From: Pocillopora damicornis | Lineage: Eukaryota | Direction: 5' to 3' | NCBI RefSeq assembly: GCF_003704095.1 | Contig: NW_020843644.1 | Span: forward strand, 186,001-250,000 | DNA length: 64,000 nt | Shown here: one piece after another, positions 23,798 through 42,439 of the stretch | Layout: every line of letters starts with the position of its first letter | Numbering within the stretch: the stretch's first letter is position 1 | Position numbers and translations under genes: made by a program | The notes under the pieces: model-generated | What the model was told of the DNA's origin: nothing | The model's database searches: none | Seen by the model: the letters and a program-made list of their open reading frames with translations, nothing else

Positions 23798-25323
23798 TTT
23801 TAGGACCTTTGACTTTTGAAGTTTTTTTGGGGAAAATTTCTTCTTTGAATTTAAATTCTTACAAACCTTGGTATATATTTTTAAGTGAATCATAAAGCAT
23901 ATTCAGTCTCTCATTGAAAAAGTCGGGTGAAACTCCATACCTCATTGTAAGACTACTAAGAGCAAAGAATTATTGTTTTCTTAAACAATACCTTGGCTTC
24001 CGATATCTTCGGTGCATGCATCGTTAACTAGAAGAGTTATTCAATTTTTATTGTTCCAGTACTGAGTATGACTATTGGAAAAGTGACAGTACCGCTCTTA
24101 ATAAAAAGAAGTGATCTTGTCGCACAGCTTGTGAATCTAACTTCAGTCTGTATAAAAAAAATGTGTACAGAAAAAAAAAATCATTTAATAGAGGGCAGAA
24201 GACGGGAATTGAAGGTATGCAAAAGGAGAGAGAAGAAACGTGAAGGGGGGAACTTCTCACTCCTTGACCTGCCCCCCCCCCCTCTTCCCACTTTCGAAAA
24301 ACAAAATTCTGATGCGATGAACTCAATTGGATATCGTGGTTTGACACCAGCTATCTACCTGTTGCTATATGGGCCAGTTCTGAGAAAACGCGGAGAAAAT
24401 ACAAAAGGGACTGAGAATACGATAAAATAAGCTGTAGAATAAAGCTGGCTCAAAACAGTCTGTACTACAGTACAACTCCGCCAATTCGACCTTCCAAGGA
24501 AAACGAAAAATGGTGCGATTAAGCGAGTAGATATTACAAAAAGGAATAATTTTTTCCCATTCTCACACAATCAACAATCATTTTAGTTCATTTAGATTTT
24601 TTTTGGTTTTGTTTTGTTTTTTAAAGTTTTAAGTAGTTTATACGTTTTGCTAAATGTATTACATTTTCATAAATGTTATCACTTTCGACTCAATCGCGAT
24701 TTAAAGATTGGGACGTGACACTCAGACACTTATGAAGGTCATCAAACGCGAGGTATTTAGGGTTAATTTGGGCCAAAGATAAAGTAGAATTAGTTCGAGC
24801 TAACAAGGAGTTCGGGGAAAAACGGATCTTGTTCGAGTTAGCGGAGTTCTACGGTACTTCGCAGCGATAAATCAATAATGCGATATTTAATATTGTACTG
24901 TACTGGTATTGGAAAAAAATACCCGGTGAACAGGTTTCGTTCGTTCGTTTCACTTAACGGCTGCACGCGACGTTATTTGTTATCACCTCATCAAACCAAA
25001 GAAAAATTAAATTATTTTCATTTTGTTTTCACGACATAAACCGTTGCCGTTACTACTTTTTAAGCCAAGATGGCCATTTAGTCCTATTTAGGCATCCGCT
25101 TAATCTCGTGCTTTTATTGTCGGGCCAAAGTCCAAGAAAATGTTTACACGAAGTAATAATATTTTGTTTTTCAGTTAGACTTAATTTGCATGCATAACCT
25201 CGTCTGGTTCTTGTGAGTTATTATGCAGACTCAACGAGGCGTAACTTCTTTAAGATGTACTCTGCTTTGTGAAGTTTCTATAAAACACAGACATTCTATC
25301 CAATTTAGAGCAGCCAAGCGTTT

Positions 25324-25870
25324 ATGGAGGGACCAGAGGGTGATAATTTTCTGCTGACAAAGGAAGTCATCAAGGAACGGAGAAGTGGATGCAATGATTT
25401 CAAGCGGATTTCGCGATATTTGGGGGAATGTAAACAGCCTGACAGCCCGTATGCTTATTTTGTATGTTTCTGTGGGTTTCTATGCATTTTGATCGCCATC
25501 GGCTGTTCGTATTCATACGGTCTTCTATTCCCAGTGCTACTGCACGAATTCAAAGAAGGAAAAGCCAAGACAGGTGAGACATCGGTTTTAATTTCCCTTT
25601 CTGTTGCTGAGCTACGTAAATCGTGCCGCTAGATTACCATACTTTCTTTAACATCTACAGTGAAACCTCTACTTAGCGGACACTAAGCCGGTTCCCGAAA
25701 TTGACGTCTCAAATTTCCCTTCCTAACGAACCCTACTTCAGAGGACACTTATTAAGAGGACGGGGGCACTAAAATAACATGTATATGGTTAATTTCTAGT
25801 GTTAAAATCCTCTATTAGCGGGGAACCGGTCTGAATTGACAATGTAGTGTATGGGATACATCAGTGAAAT

Positions 25871-25918
<48 letters not shown>

Positions 25919-28253
25919 TATANNNNNNNNNNNNNNNNNNNNNNNNNNNNNNNNNNNNNNNNNNNNNNNNNNNNNNNNNNNNNNNNNNNNNNNNNNNNNN
26001 NNNNNNNNNNNNNNNNNNNNNNCGGTGGCTAATTTACGTTTTCAACCCAGTTGTTAACACTAAATTACCTGCATCAGTGAAATAGTCAATTATAAGTAAT
26101 CAGTCCGTGTACCATTGCTGTTTTGCGTATTACCAACAAATAACGTTGGTAATGAAAGGTAATGAATTTGAACTCTGGATAGCTTCGTTAACAACATGGA
26201 ACTTTATCACAATACAGAGTAACCGTTGAATGTGAATCGTTAACAAACATTGCGCAATTTTTACGAATCTCTATTAAGCGGACCCTTGGGATGGTCCCGC
26301 GAGACGTCCGATTTATAGAGGTTTCATTGCTGTATAAAGACGAGACTTATTATCAAATGCACCCTAACGCCTTTTCTGTTAAATAAACATGGATATCTCC
26401 GTTAGTATTTCACAATGTTTTCAAGTTCTTGTAATACAAAGACTTCATGGGTAAGGTTTGACACAAAACTTATCATGGGTTTCTGTCAGGAGATAGTGCT
26501 TGCGCTCTGCGAGACCGTTGTTTTCTGTTATTGTTTTTTTTCTTATCTGTTCTTCCAGCTTGGGTTGGTTCTCTGGCGTATGCATGCGGCAGTCTATTCG
26601 GACCAGTTGTAGGACTTCTTTGTGATCGATTCAACCACCGTACAGTTGGTATTGCAGGGGGTATTATCTCTACCATGGCCCTCCTTGCTACTTCGCAAGC
26701 TCCAAATCTAACTCTGATGTACTTCACGTTTGGCGTTGCGTTTGGCTTTGGAAATTGCTGTATCTTCTTTGTTGTGCTAACTATAATGCCTAAGTACTTC
26801 ATTAAAAGGCGCTCGCTGGCAACAGGGCTCGTTCTTATGGGGTGTGGAGGGGGATTAATTGTAATGAGCCCAATCATTCAGGCCTTGTTGACAGTGAGCT
26901 CATGGAGAATCACATTTATTGCCATGGCAGGGATGTTGTTCGTGACTTGCATATTGTCTTGTTCATTCGACTCGAAGATTGGGGACAACGATAAGGACAG
27001 CACTGATCAAGACAAGAAGCCGAACAAGTTGTGCTCAACGTTAGATTTTTCATATCTGAGAAATAAGCAGTTTGTTATCCATCTAATTGGAAGTATCACG
27101 TGTTTTTGCGGAATCACAGTTCCTTTGGTTCACATGGTAAGTTGATGTTTTTTTTTCAGTTAATGAAAAATTAAGGCATACTTGGAGAAAAAAGCCTTTG
27201 TTTGGGACTCCAAGTGCTCTCAATGGGAGTCAAACGCGTTAAAGCCTGACAGAGCTCCATTAACCATGTTGGTAAAGATAAAATAGATATTTAGTCTTCA
27301 TTACCTTATCGCACAAGCCATTTTGCTAGTAAAGCAGTACTTAACAATTGATCTCAAGCTCAGGTTACACTTGTTCTCCTACAGGCAGAGTACTGTCAAG
27401 AACGTGGAATTGACGCAAACCGCGCATCTATGATGTATTTTTGGAACGGAATAGTGACAGTTATTTTGAGGGCATTAACGGGTTCCGTGTGCGACAGGAA
27501 CAAACTGTATCCAAGGCTAATTATGCAAGTGGCAGTTTTCGTTGCCGGAGCAACTACAATCTTAACCACCTTAACGCAGTCGTACACTGAACTATTGACC
27601 TGTTTTGTCGCTTACGCTGTTGCCGACGGGGCTATTGTCACTTCAATGAACATCTTGGCTTTGGCAGCACTTTCCCCAAAACAACGCTCTCAAGGATTTG
27701 GATTTTTCCATTTCTGTATTGCGTTCGCTTTAGCAGTGGGCCCCCCTTTCGGAGGTGAGTGCAAACGCTGGCCCTTGATTTCTTTTACGTTACCTTTCAT
27801 ACTATTTTCTAAGGTTAAGCTTCTTGGAAAACGAGCATCAATGAAAGCAGTGCCTACACGAGTCTTTTCTTCTTAACAGAAGATCTATTCATTAAAAATT
27901 ATTGGAAGAGGTTGAGAAAAACATCATGATTTGCCAATGGCAAGAAAGAGAAGATAATTTATCCTCTCCTATGGTAAGTAAATAAATTATTGCCCAAGCT
28001 GGTGACTGTGGAAAACCATTCTGCGAGGCAGTTCCTTTCATCAATCCCTTATAATTTTTTTTTAGGTTTTCTTGCCGACTTCTCCGGATCATACTCTCTC
28101 ACATTCTACGTAGCAGGAGCATTCCACGTGTTAGCTGGTTGTATTCTACTCTTGTCCTACTGTGTTTCAAGTCCCAGTGTCGCTCAGGAGCACTCTAAGC
28201 AACTTTCACCATACGAGCAATGTCTAATTGTTGATGTTGTAACAGTATTGTGA
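25324..28253 (+). CDS. SLC16/MCT10-like monocarboxylate or aromatic amino acid transporter (MFS), 461 aa. Exons 25324-25573, 26559-27136, 27385-27754, 28066-28253
   Basis: GT-AG junctions give a continuous 1386-nt ORF. It has QPDSPYAYFV (the MCT PDGGW-like N-terminal motif), YFIKRRSLATG, GPPFGGFLAD and multiple hydrophobic helices. Confidence 0.9.
25658..26329. mobile_element. Tc1/pogo-type MITE in intron 1 of the MCT gene
   Basis: TA|CAGTGAAACCTCTA ... TAGAGGTTTCATTG termini, with internal repeated CTCTA(C/T)TAGCGG motifs. Confidence 0.7.
25872..26071 (-). mobile_element. Second Penelope-like palindromic insert, nested in the MITE and spanning gap 25923-26022
   Basis: Both gap flanks match the 20877-21138 element. 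Exact 13-bp TSD CATCAGTGAAATA at 25859-25871 and 26072-26084. Confidence 0.8.
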
Positions 28254-29001
28254 GATTTTGCCTATAAACCGGTTGTAGTTTTAACCACAGAGAGAAACTT
28301 TTAAGAAAAAAATTATCTTATTATATGTTATAATAAACATTCATCATTTCATTAAAGAGTACACGGTTAATATTCTATAAACTTGAAATATGGGTCTAGT
28401 CGGCTGTGAAAAAATGGTGGACGATGACTTAATCGTGACATCATAAAATGATAAAATAGCATGTTTTGCTAGTTACTAAGCTCACCCCTATACACCTTCA
28501 CCCCTCTAAACCGTCCTTCAGCCAAACGGTTTATTCGTAAGGAAGCAGTCTGATGGACCATCACATCCTAATACCTTTGCCTTCAAAACTCGTGTTCCTG
28601 TCTTTTTGTGCGAGATAACGATTCTTTTCTACTAATTCTTTTCAAATTAACTCCCCACGGTTTACCATGGAAGACAGGTTAAGCCCATTTAAAATTCTCA
28701 GAGGTGTACCATCTTTTATCGTAACAGCCTTCTTTGGCAGATGTGGATCATTCTTGGAGGTGCGCATTTGCTCAGGTAGTGAAATTGATCCGAGACGGCG
28801 TCAGATTTGAATTCATGTTTTTGCCTCAGGGTACTGATTCAATTTATGAGGGGAAGGGAGCAATTACAAAAGATAAGGCTACCTCACCAAGCAGATTTTG
28901 GAAATTTGAACAGTCCTTTACCCCAAAGAAAGATTTAAGCCTCCAACAACTAAAGAGGGTTTAAATGGCCAGTTTTGTAGTATTCCAATCATATGAAAAT
29001 T

Positions 29002-29596
29002 GGTTACCAGTTGTTTCGTACCCACGGTCGTTTCGTACCCAACTAGGTCAATTCTTACCCAATCAGTCGTTTCGTACCCATACTAATAAAGTACGTTTTC
29101 CACGTTAAGCATGTTTAAAGTAAGAATAGAATGCACGAATAAACAAGGATAAACTAATCTACGACAAAGGGAGAAAAATATCACACTATCACTAGCTATT
29201 ATTGTTAAGAACGTCTCAAGTATAAACAATGGACTGTTATATCATGAATACCACGTTTACTTTGCATTAGGCAATAATTTGGTGTTTTTGTCAAGAGGAT
29301 CACAAGCCGGGATACAAAACAGAATTTTTCTGATATGTTACTCACATGACTCTGTTAACTAGTCGTAAGCAACAATTGACATCTGTTCACGCGCTCGCTA
29401 GAGGTACTCCGAATGATTGTCTGTTGGCATGGGTGCGAATTGACCGGCAGTTCGGGTACGAATCAACCGGCGCTTCGGGTACGAACCCACTTGTTCTGGA
29501 TACGATCGACTGGCGGTTCGGGTACGAATCGACCGGCGGTTTGGTTACGAACCGACTGGGCACGAAACAACCGTGAGTACGAAACGACTGGAAACC
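29002..29596. mobile_element. Non-autonomous TIR element with subterminal tandem motifs (Mutator/foldback-like)
   Basis: GGTTACCAGTTGTTTCGTAC ... GTACGAAACGACTGGAAACC, with repeated GTTTCGTACCC on the left and GGGTACGAA on the right. Confidence 0.8.
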
Positions 29597-30900
29597 AATA
29601 CTTTGGCTTTGATGAACATCTTCAGTTTATATCAATACTACTCTTTTTAGTCTGTTTAGTGTAGAACATTGGTACCCGATGCAAAGCCTTCCCCGACTCG
29701 TCTCAAAACTTCGGGGAGAGAGATGGGAACGGAAACGAGAAACCCGCGTCTCACAGCGCTCATGATGAGGGCCTGGTCGCGGGTTAAACGTCATCGTCTC
29801 ATTGCTACTCTTAACACTCTTTGAGGAGGCTATTGGTTCGTTATAAGGTTATACCCCTTAACCAACCTAAGAGGGCGNNNNNNNNNNGTTTCTTGCAAGC
29901 ACCCAGCCACGCCCTAGCCAGATGGTTTGATCCTTGGAGATTCGTCTGCATGTGAAACTTCAAACACTAAGATAAAATAACACCAAGAAAAACGTGAATG
30001 AAAATTGCGCTATAATCTATTAATTATTTTCTATCAGTAAAGTTATGTAATTTCTTTCTTGGTATCAGAATTTAAACGAGTGAAAAAACTAGATGATTTA
30101 GCTATAAAAAGAGATATGGAAATTTCCCATCGGGCTGAGAAAATTTCGTGAATTACGTTGTGTTCTTGCAGATAACAGACGCACAATGTACCACAATATG
30201 TAACCCGCTCGTGCAAAGCCAATTTTCTTCGTACTCAACTAATCGTTTGCGACATCCCCCTTGGGTCTTTTGAGGGCTTTTCCTCGTGCGAAGCATAAGA
30301 AATAAAAAAGGATTTCTGAAAGCTCATGGATTTTTCTCTCCTGTATTTCGAACTGGCCGTTCTTCTGGAGTTCAACTCTTTAACCCCAAGAAGTGATTAA
30401 AATGTAACTTCTCCCGATAACATCTATACATTATCCTGCAAACAGGTAACGAGAATACTCAAACTTATCGGATGGAAGTTGTCATCTTGCTCTAGCAGCA
30501 AATTTTCATAACTTATTTAAAGAGAAATGTGTATAAGGTAAGGGAGAATTAACAATTAGATCCTGGGAGCTTGAAAGGTGTTAACTACTGCTTTTGATAT
30601 AATTGCCTTTAATTCCCATGCTCTTGCGCACTTGTTTGAAATTGCAAATAATTTCAAGTCAAATGGCTTGAAATATTTATGCCGAATTCTCTTGATGTCG
30701 GGGTAGGAAAATTTCTTAATCAAAGTAAACTTAACATCACTACAGTAACAGGAAGAAGAAATCAACGAGAGCCATCAACCTATCAACAAACGCCATACTT
30801 TTTAAACTGTGAGCTCTCCCTTAAACAATAAAACCAGCACCTCTTATATCGTGCATCATCATAAATAACAATTTACGTACAAGATAACATAGCGTCTGTA

Positions 30901-33900
30901 TTACTTCTTCATCGATTTTCGTATCAAGGCCAACCTCTGCAAGATACAAAAAGTGGCGGAAAATATCTCAGAAACAACGTAAAAACAAACCAATCAATGA
31001 TACTTTTCAACGAAAGTAGCCCTGTGATAAGGAACTCCGCCATACGAAAGAGCATCCCAGTCAAGTCAGATCGTAAAACGGAGAGAGAATGAAGCGGATA
31101 AGAAAGTCAACAATGAATCATTTAAGTTAGAGACGCCTGTCCTTTAAACCATTTAATCCTCCTCTCTACTAGAGAATAAGATGACCCTGGCAATAAAACA
31201 GTGACGGCGTTATTGGGTTGGAACATTATTTCCGGTGACAAACTAAATTTTTCCTTTCAATTAGTTATAAAATTCCTTTCCATTTACCCTCCACGAATTT
31301 CAGTTTGACAGATTGGTAACTGATATTTATTTGAAAAACCGCGGCAATCGAACACCAAAGATATATGTTTCAGACAGTATTAACGACAGCTCTATTCATA
31401 TTGAGATAAACTCTAACCAAGTCCGCCTACCTTGGTCCTTCGAATGACCAAAATACGTTTTAATCTTTTCTTTTTTCAATCTTCCACAACTTAAATAAAT
31501 TGTTCTGAATTACACAAAACAGTTTTAAAGTTGAGCCTTTATTTCGATATTTTTCGTCCATGTAAGTTACAACCAATTGATTTGTAGCAAAAATTTTCCT
31601 ACAATTGTGAATTAACCCAGTTATAACAAGAACAGCGAGAATTTTTTTGCACTGACCTGTTTGTGAGCTTCTGTAGTGGCCTGTTTCTTAAACGGTCGAA
31701 GTTCATCGCTGCCAAATCCAGGGATCCACATGTTCCAACACCTTTCTATAAAATGTACACAGAACAACCAAAACAAAAATAATAAGAAAACAGAATATAC
31801 ATAATGGTAGAGATACTCAGTGCTAGACAAGTGTTTAATTAGTTTGGCCTAAAAAGATGCAGTGATTATCTCGATTTAACGCATCCAACTGGTTAGAGAG
31901 CTTTGGCAGTGTGGCCTTAGAACACAATTCACTAACCCTAGCACATCTAACTTTTGATCTTGCGTTCGACTCGTCAACCATTTAGCAACCATGTCTCCCG
32001 CCATTGCTCCAGGAGCTTTAACCTGTTTCTGTCACTGACGGGATGTTTCTTCATTCAAGCGATAACCACCCCCACCCCCTCCCCCTAAGCATTTTGTCAT
32101 GTTTCCTTGTTTCCTTTACAGTTTGCTGGTAGCAATTTATATTCGTGGGGGGAGGGGGGAAGGAGGAAGAAGCAATGCGAGAATTAAATCTCTTGCCCAA
32201 GAGCGCAACTCAAGGACCCCTGTGGGGGGTCGACCCCAGACGACTTGATCGGGAGTCCGGCTTAGTAACCATTACACTAGCGTGTCTCTTAATACCTACA
32301 CATACACTGTTAAGAAATAAATTGATCAGAATAGTCTAATCGTGGTTGAAGTCTGTGAAATACAAACCTAGGTGCAGCTGAACATCTCGTACTTCTAATG
32401 TGTTTGATTTTCGATGCTTAGCGATCTGACAGGAAGCCGTTACAACACTTTCTATAAAGTCATCTGCAATCTGCAGTAACAGCTGTAACACGGAAAACAA
32501 ACCAGTCTTAAAATTTTTAGAAGAAATTCCTCACATTAGCTTAACCACTTCACTCTCAATATCTAATAAATCATTCCCCTTACTTCTCACAGTTTTAGTA
32601 CTGAGAAGTTGGTTTTATCTTAGGGTTAAAAGTTCGCCAAAAGTTTGACAGGAATGGAGTCACTAAACGCTGCAACCGTCAGCCAAATAGGACAAATCTC
32701 CTGAATTTATTTTGTAACAAAGCAAAATTCTTTGTAGTAACCTTTTGGGCCAGGATAAAATCCTTAGTTGATCAAGCTTGTCTGGCCAAGAAGGCTGAAA
32801 ACAAGAATTTTGCCAATTTGCACTCATCATAACCCCAGGCTATGTCGATGAATCGGACGTACGATGAACAATCAGAAACAACATGCTGCTTGTCTATTCT
32901 TAGCTTGTACAGAGCTGCCCCTTGGAGCTTTGTTTGGCAACATTACTCACCAACACTGTAAGTAGTTTTTGAAAGTATCTAAGACACCACACTTGCTTGC
33001 AACCTTATAATAAAGAAAAAGGGACGGGGGGGAGGGGGGGGGGAAGAAACTCACATCCTCAACATCATCGTCCATCTGTTCTCGAGGGTCAATCTCGTGA
33101 AGCAAGTCTTGCAGTCGTCGTTTGGTCAGAACTTGGTTCGGTGCCGGGCTACTACTGTCCCCCCTCAGGGCTGTTCCTAGAAATGAATAGTAATAAAGAT
33201 AATGCGAAACAAATTAGAACTAAGGAAAAAACCGAGCGAAAGATAGCATTTCAATTGATAGTTGTAAAAATTAAAAGCAAACAAAACACCCAGTCAATCA
33301 GAACGAAGGTTAAAATCTCTAGGAACCAATCAGAGATCAAAGTAAATGCACGTGGATATCTCTTCGTCAACCAAAACAAACTTTTGAATCTAACGGGCAG
33401 TACAGTAAAATACGGCCCGCTAAATTGACCAATCATAGCGCATGTACCAACTGAGAGCTACAAAATCGTCAAACACTCTTGTTATCATCCTGCACAGAAA
33501 ACAAGGTCCAATTGTTCTTTTACTGCTTATTTTAATAAAAAAATCAAAGAAGCTTGAGTTCATCAGGATACAAACTGGGAAAACATAGCAATTGCCAAAT
33601 AAATGTCCAAAACTACTTTTAAATAACTCGTTTGAGATGACATTACAAATTCGAAACACAGGCCTCTTTCTGCCGCCTTCATTTTCACTTGATCGTCGTT
33701 ATAATTTTTAAGCAACCTTGTTCCAAGGGCCTCTCTTCCCCCCCNNNNNNNNNNTCCCCCACTTTCCACCAAACACAGTGAGAAAGGAATGAAAAGAAGA
33801 GAGATCCTTGGAATAATGCTTATAAATACAGCTTCTCACCAGCAGCTTGTGTTGAAATTCCTTTAGACACAGCAGCTGATATTGGTGCTGGTGCGATGTT

Positions 33901-36900
33901 GGTAACATGTCCCCCTGATGGTACAGCTGCAGATACTGTCCCTGATGGAGCAAGTGTGATTGGCATGTGAACAGGGGACTTGTTAGGTGCTAAATGCCTC
34001 TGTAGAGTTACAGTCTGGGTCACACCTGAAGCCACTGAGGGGAAATTAAAAAAAAATATAGAGGGGTCAGTTTTGAAGACATGATGAAAGATCTTCATAA
34101 CAGGTTGCTCTGTTATCCTGAATGCCTTCCTCTTTGAAGCCACAGTTTAGGCTTGATGTGCAAAATACTCCCTGACAAGAACATCTAGGGGTCTAATCCA
34201 ACATCCAACTTTCTGATTCTGTCTTAATTGAAGGGATATGAACCTGAACAATGGCACACTTAACATTGTTTATATGTGTGGGCTGCCATGAGACACTATT
34301 TTCACATTGTCTCTTTCTGCCCAAAAGTATAAATACATACCAGCATGCTAACCTGTTGCATATTTTCATCTAAACTAAGTTGCTCTAAAATTTCACTTTC
34401 TATCTCCATGTGATTTCTGCTGTTACTGACAGGTTATTCTGTATCAGTTGAAGTTTAGGGTTTGTTTTCGCATTTATTTTCCATGTCATACAAGATGTTT
34501 AGGTAAAAAAACAGAGAGAGAAGTCTGGGAATTTGTCAGCCATTGTACAAATCTGACTCTGTGAATCTGTACTCTGATATAGCATGCTGTTTCAGCCAAC
34601 AAGAACATGCATTATATAGCAACTTAGCCACAAACCTTGCATGGGTCTGTTTGTTAGAGTAACTGTGGGTTTAATGCCTTGTCCTGGTTGTGCTGGGGCG
34701 ACAGTTCTGACTGCTATCTGCTGTCCAGGTGCTAGAGTCTGTGTGACTTGAAGAGTGGTAGGTTGAGGTGACTTCACTGTACGTTGAACTGTAATTCAAT
34801 TTATCATAGAAATTATTGTTAATAAAAAATTTTATATGATGTTTATATTTGAAAATGTTTTATCTTAGTTTAGAATATTATCCCACCTTAAATTTTTGTT
34901 TACTTAATGGTTTGTATCTTATTTTTCTGCAGTTAAAATGCAAAATGAGGCAGAAATTAAAGTGCACTGTTTTCAACAAGTTTTAAAAGAAAATTGCTAA
35001 GAAGCTCATTCTTTTTTTCAACACAAGCCATATTCCATTTCAGAAATGAAGAACTGAGCAACAGAACCAGCAAAATTTCAGCCAATGCTTAAGTAGTCAA
35101 ATCTTATTGTATCTGAGAATACTGAAATTATGAACAGAAAACAAAATTCTTTACATGAACTGAGTGAAGGAGAAAATCTGGCCCACAATAAAAGAAATTG
35201 GAAATACCAGTAACCTCACCATTTTCTGAGTTTGAATATGCACAACTTGAGTTTCTAAAGCTGACTTTTTGATCATGAGCCCCTAATAAACTACTTGGTC
35301 CAACAATTTTCACATAAAATGAATATGGTAGCACCAAATGTGAATAAACCTTCCTTACTTCCATCTGCAGTTCTCTGAAGCTGTTGAATGGATGCTGGAT
35401 TAATGACCACATTTTGAGGCTGAATTGGTTGCAAAGTAGTCGTCTGAGGGAGAATAGTCTTTGCGGCCAGTGAGGCCTGACCAACAGGGATTCCACCAGT
35501 GACAGTGGTTGCAGGAAGGACAGTAGTCTGTTGGTTTGGTAATGCTGTGGTTGCAGGAGCAATCTTTGTCATCTGCATGGTGTTGGGTGCTGCCACATGA
35601 GTAGGTACCAAGACCTGAGTGACAGGTGTCATAACAGTTGTTGTTCTCATCACAGCTATCTTGCCTTCCTGGATTGCCTTTTGAAAACAATTGGTTTAGA
35701 AAAATATCAAGTTTGATATGTTTTTGTTTGCAGTTCTTTTTTCTGATCCCAAGGAAGAATCTCACTCACCACTCAGACATTGTATCTTGATCACCAGGTT
35801 GGGTGCAGTTTGCATACATAATACATACTATGCACCCTTCAGATATTTACTCCTTTTCAGAGGACAATTTTTTCATTCATGATTGAGGTTCTTACGGGGT
35901 ATAGTTCTCTTTGTATGGAGATGATTCTTGGGATTTGAAACTGACATGTAAGGAATTTTGCTAAAAAATCAACAAGTAAATGCTGTTGGAAAATGTTTGG
36001 GCACATCTGATCAAGGTTAGATAAAGCAAAGTGGTTTGGATCCAAGTTCTTTTCAAGTTTTTGGGCCAAAGATGTCTATGCCTATGGTCCAAAAACCTTG
36101 GTAAAAACATGGCTCCACACCCATCCTAAATAATTCAGTATGCACAGTTAGCAAAACTTTGGATCTGTGGTCATTTCTAAATGCGTCCATATGCAATTTT
36201 TTCTGCTGTGTAAACAACCTTTTAAAAGGCGATTTTTATTCAGTTCTACAATTCTAAAGCCAATCAAAGCAATCACAATGGCTAATTAGACCAAAGGCAA
36301 GTACAACAAGGGACCAACTACAGTTCAAACTCAAAATATTCAACTAGTACCTGGAAGGGGAAAATGTTGGTAGTCACAAATCAAATAACTACAGAAATAC
36401 CAGTCCTTGAAAATGTTTTCTTACCTTTTCATTTTCTGCCTTCAGTCTACGAAAAAGAACCTTAAGCCGTTCAACTTCCTTTGCTTGCTCTGGAGTGTAC
36501 GGACCTAGGCCATATCCCTGAGGAGAAAGCAATACACCCTTGAGGTATGTGCTGATATTTACAACATATTTGACAAGCAAGCAATATAATGAGCTAAGCT
36601 TAGTTTGAAGCCAAGTTCATCAATAAGTCCTCTGAAGCTTTTCAATGGTAGAGCATCTGTCTGAAAAATTCTTCAATCTTAGTCTAAAACTTGATATTTC
36701 TAGTGCCACACATGCAACAAATGACCACATGTAACATCAGACATGAACAATGATTTGTAAACTATCAATCTGTCACATCCTAACATCGGCATACATATTC
36801 TCTTTACTGTTCTTCCAACATTTCTTTTGTGCTGACAAGGAGAATTTGTTTAACAATCAAGAGCTTGTTTAGTTGGTGATCAGTTCCTTCATTCTTGTGA

Positions 36901-37594
36901 CCTTATTGTGTGATTCAGGGGTGGTATTGTAAGGAGAGATTATATGCTGCTCACTGTCAAAGGGTCACACTTCCATATAAACTTTACACTGATTTTGATA
37001 TCTTGCAAAATTAACGGCAATTTTGATTTCGAGCGTCAAGTAAAACCCTAGTTTTGGTTTGTATAACTGCAATTTCATGTAATATGATTAACTCCCTTCT
37101 TATCAAAACTAACAAGTTCAACAACTTCATCTCCCTAATCAACAATATCTTCATTGTTCTGAAGTGATTTCGAAAATATAGTATCCCGAATATTTACATG
37201 TATCTGTTCATGCCGACGAAAATTGTACGGAACCCCTCAGATAACCCGACACTGATATTTACTGAGTTCTTCCTTGTCTAGTTAGGCTGGAAACTAAATT
37301 CCTATTTCCTTAGCTAAACATAGCCCACTTTCGTTAAAATATACTGCCCAATAATTGCCCCTTCAATTAATGATAACTAAGCTTGAATGCAAACCTGGAT
37401 TCTCTTTTGAATATCTTGCAACACCTCGACGATACTTTTCTGCTGTCCAGTCTTTGGAGAGGACGAAGCAGTCGTGACAGTTGGTAGCGACTACCGATAG
37501 AAAACGAAATCAAACATGTCAAAATTGTAAAACGATCTATCAATCTAACAATCTAAGAGAACGAGCACACACAAAGCTTCCTACTCACCGCCAT
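30901..37594 (-). CDS. TAF12: TFIID/SAGA subunit TAF12, long form, 407 aa. Exons 37594-37589, 37490-37395, 36517-36425, 35677-35359, 34788-34636, 34034-33840, 33176-33055, 32482-32368, 31745-31657, 30936-30901
   Basis: Histone-fold C-terminus VLTKRRLQDLLHEIDPREQMDDDVEDLLLQIADDFIESVVTASCQIAKHRKSNTLEVRDVQLHLERCWNMWIPGFG...TEAHKQRLALIRK. All junctions are GT-AG and in frame (1224 nt). The N-terminal exons are less certain. Confidence 0.9.
31985..32282 (-). mobile_element. Degenerate tRNA-derived SINE in a TAF12 intron
   Basis: Minus-strand head TAGTGTAATGGTTA..GGGGTCGACCCC (A/B-box-like). The plus-strand TCTTGCCCAAGA core is also seen split at 38590/39761. Confidence 0.5.
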
Positions 37595-37746
37595 GATAGC
37601 AAGTGGTTACCAAGCTAATTTTAAAAGGCGCGGCTGCCAAGGCGTAGTAGCGAAAGTAGCCATGTTTTACTCTGGCAGTGGGTAACCTTCGTTGTTTTAA
37701 CTTGATTTTCAAATTTTCTCCGTTTTGAAAATTTGAATTTATCACA
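37595..37746. promoter_or_regulatory. Compact bidirectional promoter between TAF12 and TRAPPC3
   Basis: Only 152 bp separate the two divergent ATGs. Confidence 0.75.

Positions 37747-42439
<4,693 letters not shown>

Noticed and set aside
29002-29596. Regularly spaced GTTTCGTACCC/GGGTACGAA repeats resembling a CRISPR array
   Set aside because: The repeats are short, invert between the two ends and are bounded by TIRs in eukaryotic DNA, so they are transposon subterminal repeats.
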